64,000 nucleotides of DNA from a virus (lineage: Duplodnaviria; Caudoviricetes), in IMG/VR virus record IMGVR_UViG_3300044901_000083, positions 3,740 through 67,739 of that record; one strand, written 5' to 3'. The translations under genes and the position numbers were made by a program. Below the pieces are notes generated by a model, which worked only from the letters and a program-made list of their open reading frames with translations, had not been told where the DNA came from and ran no database searches. Each line of letters opens with the position of its first letter. Position 1 is the stretch's first letter. Shown piece by piece: positions 36,578-45,585 of the stretch.

Positions 36578-36814
36578 ATGAACCGAACCGACGCCATTCA
36601 CCTCGCGCTCGCCGTCGCGATTGCCTCCGGCGCCGCGGCAGTCTTCCCGCAACTGGGGAGCCTTGCGGCTTGGTGTGGTGCTGGCCTCGCTTTCGTCGGC
36701 GCTGCATCCGCGGTCTGGTCTTCGTGGATGATCATGCGGTCGCCGGTGCACCCCGACGAGGACGGCTGCCGCCAGGTCCGCGCGCCGGATCGCTGCGGCC
36801 GAACGGCGACCTGA
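36578..36814 (+). CDS. Small membrane protein
   Basis: Two hydrophobic segments; GGAG SD. Confidence 0.55.
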   Translation: MNRTDAIHLALAVAIASGAAAVFPQLGSLAAWCGAGLAFVGAASAVWSSWMIMRSPVHPDEDGCRQVRAPDRCGRTAT

Positions 36815-36831
36815 CCATGGGAGGAATCAGC

Positions 36832-37083
36832 ATGCTCGACGTGACGGCGGCCGAGATGTTGGTTGCCGACGATGTGCCGCTGGCGCTGCAGCGCATCGCG
36901 CGCCGGCTGGGCATGCTGGAGGAGCTGCGGCGCGAGCGAGTGCTGCAGGACTTCCTGGTGTCCGGTGCCATGGTTAACGAGATCGCGTGCTGCGAGTCGA
37001 AAGACGGTCGCGTGACATGCAGCCAGCGGTTGCAAAACGGCGACGTCCGGCTTACCTTGGTGACGGATTGGAGGGTCACATGA
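36832..37083 (+). CDS. Hypothetical protein
   Basis: GGAGG SD then MLDVTAAEML. Confidence 0.55.
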   Translation: MLDVTAAEMLVADDVPLALQRIARRLGMLEELRRERVLQDFLVSGAMVNEIACCESKDGRVTCSQRLQNGDVRLTLVTDWRVT

Positions 37084-37412
37084 AGCGCTACCTGCCCATC
37101 ATCCCCGTGCTGGCCGTCATGATCGGCTTCGGTGCCGGTAACGCGCCGGAAGCCGCCTCGCAGTCGGCGCCGCTGGTGCGCCAGGCCGTGGCCGAGCCGC
37201 ATATGTCCGGCATCTACGGCGGCTGGTCCGTGGTGCTCTACAAGAACCGGCGCTGCACGATGCCCGAGGTGGTGGAGGTTGTGCCGAACGCCCGCGAAGG
37301 CGTGTACGGCGCCAACATCCACCTCTGCGGCTGGGTCGACGGCGAGCACGTGTTCGCCGTCACCGAGGGCGGGACCAAGATGGTGATCCCGCGCGCCGAG
37401 TTCATCGAGTAG
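37080..37412 (+). CDS. Secreted hypothetical protein
   Basis: MKRYLPIIPVLAVMIG signal peptide; ATGA overlap. Confidence 0.6.
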   Translation: MKRYLPIIPVLAVMIGFGAGNAPEAASQSAPLVRQAVAEPHMSGIYGGWSVVLYKNRRCTMPEVVEVVPNAREGVYGANIHLCGWVDGEHVFAVTEGGTKMVIPRAEFIE

Positions 37413-37415
37413 CGA

Positions 37416-38801
37416 TCAGGCCTTCACCAGCAGCAGGCCGGTGCGCGGGGCCAGCGCCTCGACGCCGGCCGCCTGGCCGTTGTTGACGCCAGGATCCTGC
37501 GCGCCGGCAAGGCGACGATAGCCGGTGCAATCGTAGCTGCCAGAGGCGGTCTTGCTCGTGTTCACCAGCACGAGGCCGTTGGTGAACCTGCGCACGCTCA
37601 GCACGCCGGACAGCACGGCCGGTCCCATCGAGTCGCCGAGCGGCGCGTCGTACTCGTCGAACCACAGCGGCTCCTTCATCGTCGGCTCGCTGTAGCCGTA
37701 GTAGCCGTCCTCCTGCAGCGCCGAGCACAAGCCGAAGCGCATCGCCGCGTAGTCGGTGGCCGCGCCGTAGGCCTGGAACGTCACCAGGCCATGCGTGGCG
37801 GCCGCGGCGAGCGCGCCGCGGTAGCGCGTCATCATCGCGGACCACCCGCCCCAGGTCTCGGGAGACCAGCTCTTGCCCAGCTGGCCCTCCAGGAAGCACC
37901 CGTTGAGCACGCCTGGGTAAAGCTCCGGCGCGTCCACATTGCCCATCACCAGCCTGCCCGGCAGGCGCGCGCGCAGCTCGGCGAAGTAGGCGGCGTAGCC
38001 AGCGCGCATCGCCTCGCTGGCTGCCTTGTCCTTGGCCGCCACGTCGATTCCGTTCTGGTACCAGTCCGCCGGCGTGCGCGTCAGGCCGTACACGTTGTCG
38101 ATCCAGGCGATGTCGAACGGCACCGATGCCGGGAAGCACCTGGCGGCGTCGAACTCGGCTCGCACCTGCGGGTAGCGCCGGCCCTGCGCGTCTGGCCGCG
38201 TGGCCGCGGTGCAGTTCACGTCGAAGTGGTTGAAGCCGGGTTGCTGGGTGATGATCACGCCGGCGGCCGTGCGCAGCCACCAGTTGTTCGCGTTGACGGC
38301 ATCGAGCAGCGGCCCGCGCGCATCGCCTGCGGCCAACGTGGTTGGCAGGTCCACCAAGCTGGCGTAGTTGGAGACCAGCATCTTCGGGTTGGCCTTCTTC
38401 AGGCCTTCGACGAGGGTGCGCATGCGCGCCTCGCCATAGCTGGGCCAGAGGCCGAGGTGCACGAGCCCATACTTCGACAGCGCCGCGATGCGATCGGCTT
38501 TGTCGTTGCCGGAGTAGTCGACGATGGCGACCTTCGGCTTCGCGTAGACGGGAGGTGGCGGCGGCGGCACGGGCACCGGCGCAGGAGCGGGCGGCTCCGG
38601 CGCGGGTTCAGGCGCTGGTGGTGCGGGCGGTGGTGCCGGCGGCGCAGGCTCGGGCTCAGGAGGCGGTGGGGGTGGAGTGGGGTCCGGCTCGGGTGCCGGG
38701 ACCGGTGCCGGCGGCGCGGGCGGGGTCTGCTGCTGCTCCAGCTGCTCGACCTGCTTCTGCAGCCAAGCGATGGCCGCCTTGATCAGCGCGATGAGTTCCA
38801 C
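37416..38801 (-). CDS. Putative glycoside hydrolase (TIM barrel) with Pro-rich stalk
   Basis: AMRFGLCSALQEDGYYGY, WFDEYDAPLG, RRFTNGLVLVN, FDIAWIDN; N-terminal helix and PAP/PEP linker. Confidence 0.65.
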   Translation of the reverse strand: MELIALIKAAIAWLQKQVEQLEQQQTPPAPPAPVPAPEPDPTPPPPPPEPEPAPPAPPPAPPAPEPAPEPPAPAPVPVPPPPPPVYAKPKVAIVDYSGNDKADRIAALSKYGLVHLGLWPSYGEARMRTLVEGLKKANPKMLVSNYASLVDLPTTLAAGDARGPLLDAVNANNWWLRTAAGVIITQQPGFNHFDVNCTAATRPDAQGRRYPQVRAEFDAARCFPASVPFDIAWIDNVYGLTRTPADWYQNGIDVAAKDKAASEAMRAGYAAYFAELRARLPGRLVMGNVDAPELYPGVLNGCFLEGQLGKSWSPETWGGWSAMMTRYRGALAAAATHGLVTFQAYGAATDYAAMRFGLCSALQEDGYYGYSEPTMKEPLWFDEYDAPLGDSMGPAVLSGVLSVRRFTNGLVLVNTSKTASGSYDCTGYRRLAGAQDPGVNNGQAAGVEALAPRTGLLLVKA

Positions 38802-38950
38802 TACTGCTCCTGGTACTGCCTACAACGCCTCCGATTCTTCGATCACGACGGATGTCCACCCCCAACGCTTGGGGTGCGGAAATACCGGCTGTTACTCTTT
38901 TTTGATGCAGACTTGCCGCACTACACCGCATCAGCGGGAAGGAGCGGGCA

Positions 38951-39199
38951 ATGCAACCCAGACCGATGTACGTGCTGCACCCGGGCGTCGTGCGCGACTC
39001 CGAGAGCGGCCAGTGCCACTACGTCAGCGCCTCGCGCCTGGCCGACCTCTACCGGATCCCGATCGACCGCTGGCAGGTGTACGACTCGCGCGAGCACCAT
39101 TGCGCGCCGCCGACGGGCTGGGTCTACGTGCACCTGCACCCGCGCGAGGACGCCATCTACCGGCTGCCAGCTGATCCTGAATCTGTCGCGCGGGCCTGA
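38951..39199 (+). CDS. Hypothetical protein
   Basis: 82 aa; YVLHPG.V.S..DG..HYV..L..LY pattern seen in phage proteins. Confidence 0.55.
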   Translation: MQPRPMYVLHPGVVRDSESGQCHYVSASRLADLYRIPIDRWQVYDSREHHCAPPTGWVYVHLHPREDAIYRLPADPESVARA

Positions 39200-39342
39200 A
39201 AAGCGAAGCCCCGGCGCGCACTTGGCGGACCGGGGCTCGTCGGCGGGCGCTCGTCGGGCGCACGGGGTGCCGATCAGGTACGTTTCATCGCATCTCCATC
39301 GGTGGGTTGCTCGGGCGTCTTGCGTGCACTGCAGAGGCCTTC

Positions 39343-39358
39343 ATCGTGCGATCACGAC
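39343..39358 (-). promoter_or_regulatory. Late-type promoter motif without clear ORF
   Basis: GTCGTGA-TCG-CACGAT overlapping terminase stop. Confidence 0.5.
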
Positions 39359-41442
39359 GCCACGAACAGCACGCAGCCAGGTGAGTCCGCCCGCACCTTG
39401 ATGTCGCCGCGCTCGCCGCAGGTGCCTGTCTCGGGATCGAACGCGGTGCAGCGGCCGCACACGTCGCCCTCAGGGATCTCCGAGCGCATCAGCTGCTTCA
39501 GCGGCTCGGGGATCACTGGGTTCTTCAGCACGGCGTCCTTCTCCATGTCCTTGGCCTCCGGCAGGATGAACGTGCTCGTGCCGTGCGCGCGGCTCCAGGC
39601 CACGTCGCACAGCATGTTCGCGTAGCTGAAGTGCGGGTCGATGCCGACCTTCTTGACGCTGCGCTTGTACTGGTTGGTTTCCTCGTCCTTCTCGGCAACG
39701 AGGGCTGTCTTGGTGAAGTGGTGGAACGCGATCGGCAGCACCGCCTTGAGCTCGCGCACGCCCTTCTCCAGCACCTCCTGCACCAGGCCCTGCGGGTCTG
39801 GGAACAAGCACACCGGCTTGTCGGCCGTGAAGCGCGCCATCGAGACCTGCATGCACTTGTACTGGTCCATGCGCAGCGTCCAGCGGTCGCGCTCCTCCTC
39901 GCTGGTGCGGCGCTCGCTCACGTCGAGCTTCGGCGCGTCGCCCCAGTGGACCATCCCCTCTTTGATCGCGCCGAAGCTGTCGCAGATGAACACGCGGCCA
40001 GGATGCCGGCCTGAGAAGCGCTTGGCGTCGTTGTAGTTGGGGTTGATCTCGACAACGCAGCACTGCACGCCGTACTGCTCCATGAGCTCGCTCGATCGCA
40101 TGAACGGGTCTTCGGAGAAGGTCATCTCGACGTGGATCACGGCCTGGCGGCCGTCAGCCAGCCGCTCCTTGATCACGTGGACGTTGAAGTTGCCCATCTG
40201 GTCGATGCCCATGAACGTGCCCTTGGCGCGCGTCTTCCAGACGACGCCGGCGGCGCGGCCGGCCTCGACGCAGCGGTTCAGGTGCTCCATCGTGACGGGC
40301 ACCTGCGACGGGTCGAGGTAAGGCTTGCCGAGCTTCCGGTTGAAGAAGTTCTTCATGTCCGTCGCCATGCGGTACGCGTCGAGGATTTCCCCGGGCGCGA
40401 TCGTGGGCGACAGGAACTGTGGGAAGTGCAGCGAGCGGATGCGTAGCGGCCGCTCCTTCTTGGGGATGCTCAGGTCGATCGGCGGGTCGGCCGCCGGGTT
40501 CTCGGCGCGCCAGTCGCCGTGCTGCGAGTCATCGATCACGTGCCCGTTGGGGCACACGTAGCGGTACTGGCCGCTCACCAGGCTGATGCAGTCGGGGAAG
40601 TAGTCGTCCAGCGGCTTCTCGCTGCCGCAGGTCTTGCAGCGCGTGAAGAACCGGTATTGCGCGCCGCGCTTGTACCAGTGGTGGATGTCGGAGTCGGGCC
40701 AGTTGGCCGTGCTGCCCATCTGCATGAAGCGGATCGCCGAAGCGCTCAGGCGCTCGTAGGTCTTCTCGATCTGCTCCAGCGTCATCTCCTGCACCTCGTC
40801 GAAGGACAGCACGTCCATCGGGATCGACTCGGTGGTGGCCCGGCCGCTGGTCCAGCTGAAGATGAACAGCGCCTGGTCGATGCGCCGTCGGTTGACGTTG
40901 CCCTCGCCGGCGACGCGGCCCTTGCCATCAGCCGACTCCTGCGTCATCAGCGCGTGCACCTTAGGCACGCTGCGCACCATCGGCATGAAGCGCTCGCTCG
41001 ACTTGATGCCGGCCAGCAGCATGTCGGGTAGGAACATGCCGATCGTCGCGGGCCCGAAGCGCAGGCCGAGGTAGATCGCGGCCAGCATCTCGAACACGGT
41101 GAAGCCGACCTGCGCGCACTTCATCATCACCAGCACCAGGCGGAAGGCCTCGTCCTCGGTGCTGGGGATCTGGTCGTAGACCCAGGCCATGGCCGGTCTG
41201 TCGTCGAGGGTGAATGGCTTGCCGTCGACCTTCAGGCCGTCGACCGCCAGCTGCTCGACCCACTGGCGGAACGTGGTGCCGGGCTCAATCACGCGGCGCT
41301 TCTCGCTGACCACGAACCCGGTCTTGGCCTCCAGGGCGGCGATCGCCATGCCGAGGCCAGCCTGCCAGTCCACCTTCGGCTTCGGGTTTCCGTGGCCGCC
41401 TCCGTGCGGCCGGTAGCCGCTGCCGTTCTTCGCGAACGCCAC
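39352..41442 (-). CDS. Terminase large subunit (lambda gpA-like)
   Basis: MMKCAQVGFT, VLSFDEVQ, MGSTANW, CKTCG/CPNGH Zn motif, MGIDQ. Confidence 0.85.
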   Translation of the reverse strand: MAFAKNGSGYRPHGGGHGNPKPKVDWQAGLGMAIAALEAKTGFVVSEKRRVIEPGTTFRQWVEQLAVDGLKVDGKPFTLDDRPAMAWVYDQIPSTEDEAFRLVLVMMKCAQVGFTVFEMLAAIYLGLRFGPATIGMFLPDMLLAGIKSSERFMPMVRSVPKVHALMTQESADGKGRVAGEGNVNRRRIDQALFIFSWTSGRATTESIPMDVLSFDEVQEMTLEQIEKTYERLSASAIRFMQMGSTANWPDSDIHHWYKRGAQYRFFTRCKTCGSEKPLDDYFPDCISLVSGQYRYVCPNGHVIDDSQHGDWRAENPAADPPIDLSIPKKERPLRIRSLHFPQFLSPTIAPGEILDAYRMATDMKNFFNRKLGKPYLDPSQVPVTMEHLNRCVEAGRAAGVVWKTRAKGTFMGIDQMGNFNVHVIKERLADGRQAVIHVEMTFSEDPFMRSSELMEQYGVQCCVVEINPNYNDAKRFSGRHPGRVFICDSFGAIKEGMVHWGDAPKLDVSERRTSEEERDRWTLRMDQYKCMQVSMARFTADKPVCLFPDPQGLVQEVLEKGVRELKAVLPIAFHHFTKTALVAEKDEETNQYKRSVKKVGIDPHFSYANMLCDVAWSRAHGTSTFILPEAKDMEKDAVLKNPVIPEPLKQLMRSEIPEGDVCGRCTAFDPETGTCGERGDIKVRADSPGCVLFVAS

Positions 41443-41443
41443 G

Positions 41444-42097
41444 CTACACCCGCATGTCCATCGTCATGCCGGTGCGCGCGTTTAGCTCGGCCAGGCGCAC
41501 CATGATCCGGCGCGCGGTCTCCGGCGACTCGCGCGCGATCTCCTGCACAACCACCTCGTAGAAGTCCTGCATCGTGCGCAGGTTCCACACCTCGCCCATG
41601 GCGCGCAGCGAGGTGTCGATCACGTTCAGCCGGCGCTGCATCTGCTTCTCGAACAGCAGCGGGTTCTTGATCCGCTCGCCGGTCACCTCGCCGGTCTCGG
41701 GATCCAGCACTTCGGCCACCGAGTGCTTGCGCAGCATGTGCGCGTCGGCCTGGATGGCGTGCAGCTCGGCGAGGATGTCGAGGTTGCGGAGGCCGCGCTC
41801 GCCGCTCTTGGCGACGTAGGCTGGCGATGGTGCCACCGGCAGGTGCTGGCCGACATCGGACTCCAGCACCTCCTCGATGCGCGCCTTCGCGGCCACCAGC
41901 GTCGGCTTCGGCGGCGCGGCCTTCTTCACCGCGCGGATCCAGGTCCAAACGGTGTGCTCGCCGACGCCGCGCTCCATGTACTTCTGGATGATCGGCTTCC
42001 AGTTCTTGGCGCCGTACAGTGACAGGTGCTCGGAGATGTCTTTCTCGGCTTGCGGTCGAAGCGGGTGCTCGCGTCCGTGGCGTGGCTTATCGTCCAT
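41444..42097 (-). CDS. Probable terminase small subunit
   Basis: 217 aa, N-terminal HTH-like, directly upstream of large subunit. Confidence 0.55.
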   Translation of the reverse strand: MDDKPRHGREHPLRPQAEKDISEHLSLYGAKNWKPIIQKYMERGVGEHTVWTWIRAVKKAAPPKPTLVAAKARIEEVLESDVGQHLPVAPSPAYVAKSGERGLRNLDILAELHAIQADAHMLRKHSVAEVLDPETGEVTGERIKNPLLFEKQMQRRLNVIDTSLRAMGEVWNLRTMQDFYEVVVQEIARESPETARRIMVRLAELNARTGMTMDMRV

Positions 42098-42103
42098 GCC
42101 GCG

Positions 42104-42119
42104 AGGCTACTGTCACGAT
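42104..42119 (-). promoter_or_regulatory. Late-type promoter motif
   Basis: ATCGTGA-CAG-TAGCCT, 6 nt before ATG 42097. Confidence 0.7.
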
Positions 42120-42476
42120 TTATGCAGTGTTTGCCTCTGCGCGATACTGGCGCACGCGCGCCTCGGTGATGCCGAGCTCGCGCGCGATGTGCGACGGCCG
42201 GCGGCCCGCTGCCAGCATCTTCAGCGCCTTCGCACGTCGGTCGCCGGCGGCCGCGCGCTGGCGCATGCCTCGCCGGGCCCGCGCGAGCTCGCGCTGCAAC
42301 CTCGCTGGACCCCAGTCGCTAAGAGTGGCGGCCAGCAGCTCGATGGTCTCGAACTCGACGTGCGGGTGCGCCACGGCCGTGGGGATGGTGCACAGGCGCA
42401 CGTTGCGCACAGCGCCGACTTCCAGCGCCTCGGAGCGCAGCAGGCGCGTGGGGCGGCCGCAGTGGGGGCAGAGCAT
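42120..42476 (-). CDS. Zn-ribbon (Ogr/NrdR-like) + HTH protein
   Basis: MLCPHCGRPTRLLRS...RNVRLC...FETIE; C-terminal PSHIARELGITEARVRQY. Confidence 0.6.
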   Translation of the reverse strand: MLCPHCGRPTRLLRSEALEVGAVRNVRLCTIPTAVAHPHVEFETIELLAATLSDWGPARLQRELARARRGMRQRAAAGDRRAKALKMLAAGRRPSHIARELGITEARVRQYRAEANTA

Positions 42477-42895
42477 CAGTTCCCCTGCAGGCCGGACTGC
42501 AGCAGCGCGTCCTGCAGCCACTGCTCGCCGGCCGGCGTGATGGTGAAGGCAGCGCCTCCGACATCCACGCGGTAGACGCGCTTGGAGACCAGGCCGGCGC
42601 TCACGAGCGGCGCCATGTAGCCGCACCCCCAGCGCGTGTCACCTTGCGGCCACGATGGAATCGGCCTGCCGTCGTTGTAGCGGCCGCGGTATTCCAGCTT
42701 GCGCGCGATGGCGCCTCCGGTGATGCCTGGGTGTTCCAGCACCAGCTCCAGCGCGCGGATGCGCAGCGGCGTGATCTTCAGCCGCTTGCGGTTCTCCTCC
42801 TGCCAGGCGGCGACGGCGCGCGCGGTCTCCTCGGGTGTGGCGAGCCGCGGCGGCCGCTTGTGCGGCGCCGGCGGCGGTGTCACGCGGTCAGGCAT
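42476..42895 (-). CDS. Winged-helix-like hypothetical protein
   Basis: LELVLEHPGITGGAIARKL...FTITPAGEQWL. Confidence 0.5.
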   Translation of the reverse strand: MPDRVTPPPAPHKRPPRLATPEETARAVAAWQEENRKRLKITPLRIRALELVLEHPGITGGAIARKLEYRGRYNDGRPIPSWPQGDTRWGCGYMAPLVSAGLVSKRVYRVDVGGAAFTITPAGEQWLQDALLQSGLQGN

Positions 42896-43337
42896 CGGGC
42901 AGCTCCACGAACTCGCCGAAGTGGCTGGCGACCTTGGCGCGGCAGATGGCGATCAGCGGGTCCGGGCCCTCGCCGCGGCCAACGATGCGCGGCAGCTCGG
43001 GGTCGTGAGGGTTCGGGATGGTGCGCGTGCGCGCGCTGACGGTGGCCTGCCAGTTCTCGTAGCTGCGCCAGATGCCGCCCTTCGGCGTGCCATCGGCCTT
43101 GACCATCGACGCGTGCACGCTGCGCGGCGGGTCGAGGAAGATCTGGTCTTCCCAGAGGATGCTCATCGCGAGCGCCCGGTCGGTGCTCGGTCTGTACGGC
43201 CACGGGTTGCAGCCGCCGTCATCGACCCAGCATCCCTGCGGATCGCACGGGGCCGGCACCACCCTGTATCCCTCAGCGAGTGCCACCGCCGCGTCCAGCA
43301 GCGCGCCGGTGAGCTCGGCGACGCGGTGGCGGGTCAT
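42888..43337 (-). CDS. NinX/DUF2591-like phage protein
   Basis: [35 protein letters not shown]. Confidence 0.65.
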   Translation of the reverse strand: MTRHRVAELTGALLDAAVALAEGYRVVPAPCDPQGCWVDDGGCNPWPYRPSTDRALAMSILWEDQIFLDPPRSVHASMVKADGTPKGGIWRSYENWQATVSARTRTIPNPHDPELPRIVGRGEGPDPLIAICRAKVASHFGEFVELPDA

Positions 43338-43582
43338 GATGCCCTCAGCGCCCGCATGCGCTCCACCAGGTCGACCGCCTGCTGCACGGTCTTCACCTTC
43401 TCCCACTCCTCGTCGGGGATCTCGATGCCGAACTCGTCTTCGAGCTCGATGCAGATCTCCACGGTATCGAGCGAGTCGGCGCCCAGGCTCTCGAACGTCG
43501 CGGCCGGGTCGATCTCATCGGTCTGCTTGCCGAGCATGTCGGCGATGATGTGCTTCACGTTGTCGGCGATGGTCTTGCTCAT
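43334..43582 (-). CDS. acpP: Acyl carrier protein
   Basis: [10 protein letters not shown] phosphopantetheine motif; [25 protein letters not shown]. Confidence 0.9.
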   Translation of the reverse strand: MSKTIADNVKHIIADMLGKQTDEIDPAATFESLGADSLDTVEICIELEDEFGIEIPDEEWEKVKTVQQAVDLVERMRALRAS

Positions 43583-43827
43583 GCTGCCCTCGCCTTCAGC
43601 ATGGCGTCGGCCATCAGGTAGGCCTTCTCGGCGATGTAGTCGGCGACAAGGCCGTCGGGATTTCGGCTCGCGAACTTCTTCAGCCCTTCGTCGCTAGGCT
43701 GAAGCAGTAGCAAGGTGCCCATCGCACGCTCCGCGAACTTGTCGCGCAGGGTCATGCCACCGGCGCCGGTGTGCACGTCGCCCCAGGGGAACGCTGGGCC
43801 GCTGGTGTCTATTTTGGTGTCTTCCAT
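43579..43827 (-). CDS. Conserved small phage protein
   Basis: GPAFP...GMTLRDKFA...[12 protein letters not shown]. Confidence 0.7.
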   Translation of the reverse strand: MEDTKIDTSGPAFPWGDVHTGAGGMTLRDKFAERAMGTLLLLQPSDEGLKKFASRNPDGLVADYIAEKAYLMADAMLKARAA

Positions 43828-43885
43828 TCCTTCTCCAAAGCGCCCGGCGCGGTGCCGGGCGCGGGTTGCGATCGACGCGGCTGCG

Positions 43886-44251
43886 TCAGGCTTCGAGGCG
43901 GCCGGTCAGGTCGCTGATGCGGTTGCGCAGCGCCAGCACGCGGCTGGTCTGCTCGCGGATGTCGCCGCCCAGGCGAGTCGCGCTATCGGAGCCTGTCGAT
44001 TCCTTGTCACCGCCGAGGCCCGAGGGTGCCAGCACGCCAGCGGTGTCCAGCCGATCGGCCAGCTGCTGCACGCCGATGGCGAGCATTTCGATTTCGTGCG
44101 TCAGGTCGCCCATGGCGGCCGGGATGTCCATGACCCGCGCGGTCGGCACTTGCGTCATGGAATCGTCGTGGTAGTTCTTCGCCAGCTCGCGCACGGCCGC
44201 CTGGCCGACGCTACGCGGCACCGGCCGCTTGATGGTGTTGCTCTTGCTCAA
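43886..44251 (-). CDS. Hypothetical coiled-coil protein
   Basis: 121 aa, GGAG + TTG. Confidence 0.5.
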   Translation of the reverse strand: MSKSNTIKRPVPRSVGQAAVRELAKNYHDDSMTQVPTARVMDIPAAMGDLTHEIEMLAIGVQQLADRLDTAGVLAPSGLGGDKESTGSDSATRLGGDIREQTSRVLALRNRISDLTGRLEA

Positions 44252-44358
44252 ATTTGCTCCTGATGCGCCCTACCGGCGCCCGAAACGCGGGCCACGTCCT
44301 GCACAGCAAGCATTGGCGCGGCCCGCGCCGCCAACGCAGCAGACTTAGGGTAAGTTGG

Positions 44359-45165
44359 TCAGTCGTGCGGGCCGAGCGGGCCAGCGGTACCGCGGTCGCC
44401 CATCCAGCCGCGCGGCGCCGGCACGGGCGCGTCCTGTAGCTGGCCGTGGTCGCGCAGGATCCTGCGCTCCGGCGATTCATCGTCCGCCGGCTTCAGGCTG
44501 CTGCCCTGCAGCTGCATGCCGGGGGTCTTCTGCGCTTCGCCCATCTGCTTGTAGACCAGCCGCACGTCGTACCCGCGGCGCGAGACGGCAGCCGTCAGCA
44601 CATCGATCGGCAGCAGGTCCAGCACGTCGACGGGCCCGTGGCCCTCGCTGGTGCACCAGCCGAAGGCCGCCGCAGCAATGGCTCGCGCATCGGCGATGCG
44701 GTCCGGCGGCGTCGGCTTGGTCACCAAGCGCTCGCGCGCGGCCGCCCACAGCCGGATCAGGCTCGCAGCCACCGGGTCGCGGCCCAGCAGCGTGAACATC
44801 GGCTCGCCGGGCCTGCGCTTGGCGAGGCAGGGGTCGGCATCCTGACCACGTTCCTCGACGCGCTTCTCGTGGCTCATGTCGCCCATGCGCACGGTCTCGG
44901 TGGTGACGCGCTCCTTCGCGGCCTGGCCCAGCTGGTACGGCATCCACGTGGCGATGCCGCGGCGCGTGGGCTCGTCCTGCAGCTCGACCCGATGCTGGAT
45001 GAGGTAGTGGCCGTCGTGATCGAAGACCGCCAGATTCACGGTGCCATCATCGTGGACGAACACGATCGTCGCGTCGAAGGCCTGTCTGTCGTCATTGACG
45101 CGCATGGTCGGTTGTTCCGGCCAGTACCAGACCTTGCGGCCGATGGTGGGTTTGATGGTGCTCAC
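44359..45165 (-). CDS. Two-domain phage protein
   Basis: KPTIGRKVWY..ATIVFVHDDGTVNLAVFD fused to DPCLAK..EPMFTLLGRDPVA. Confidence 0.6.
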   Translation of the reverse strand: MSTIKPTIGRKVWYWPEQPTMRVNDDRQAFDATIVFVHDDGTVNLAVFDHDGHYLIQHRVELQDEPTRRGIATWMPYQLGQAAKERVTTETVRMGDMSHEKRVEERGQDADPCLAKRRPGEPMFTLLGRDPVAASLIRLWAAARERLVTKPTPPDRIADARAIAAAAFGWCTSEGHGPVDVLDLLPIDVLTAAVSRRGYDVRLVYKQMGEAQKTPGMQLQGSSLKPADDESPERRILRDHGQLQDAPVPAPRGWMGDRGTAGPLGPHD

Positions 45166-45215
45166 GGGGTCTCCAGTTGATCGGCGCAGCCGGCGCCGGC
45201 GGTTGATCAAATTTG

Positions 45216-45235
45216 ATTATACGTGCTGGCGAACA
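45216..45235 (-). promoter_or_regulatory. TGTTCG-N5-ACG-[-10] promoter with overlapping TGATCA operator
   Basis: TGTTCG-CCAGC-ACG-TATAAT; operator 45204-45219. Confidence 0.6.
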
Positions 45236-45236
45236 G

Positions 45237-45563
45237 TCAGAACGGCAGCAGCCGGCCGCGGTAGTGGAAGGGGTACTGGTGGCCGGCGCGCGCCAGCGCG
45301 ATGCGGATGCGCCATGGCGCGCTGCTCGTGCGCTCGCGCTCATGCCGACGCATGACCAGCTTGGTGCGCGCGCGGCGGATCGCGTACGCGTTCGACATGC
45401 TGCAGTCGCGCTTCGGTGTCTTCGCGCGCCAGATGGCGAGGAAGATCTTGCGCGGCAGCTTTCCGATGCGTGCGGTGCGCGCATCGGTGCGCTTCAGCTT
45501 CAGCTCGCGGCCGGCGTTGCTGCTGGGGTAGGACGGGGTGAGGTGGCGGTAGAAGTTCGCCAT
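45237..45563 (-). CDS. Basic hypothetical protein
   Basis: Start MANFY; Arg-rich. Confidence 0.45.
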   Translation of the reverse strand: MANFYRHLTPSYPSSNAGRELKLKRTDARTARIGKLPRKIFLAIWRAKTPKRDCSMSNAYAIRRARTKLVMRRHERERTSSAPWRIRIALARAGHQYPFHYRGRLLPF

Positions 45564-45585
45564 GGTCAGGCCTCGGCCTTGCGGG

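Noticed and set aside
38560-38725. G-rich plus-strand tract as G-quadruplex or tandem repeat
   Set aside because: Explained by proline codons of the hydrolase linker on the minus strand
45204-45219. FNR box reading of the TTGAT/ATCAA sites
   Set aside because: Half-sites are in the opposite order and spacing to TTGAT-N4-ATCAA
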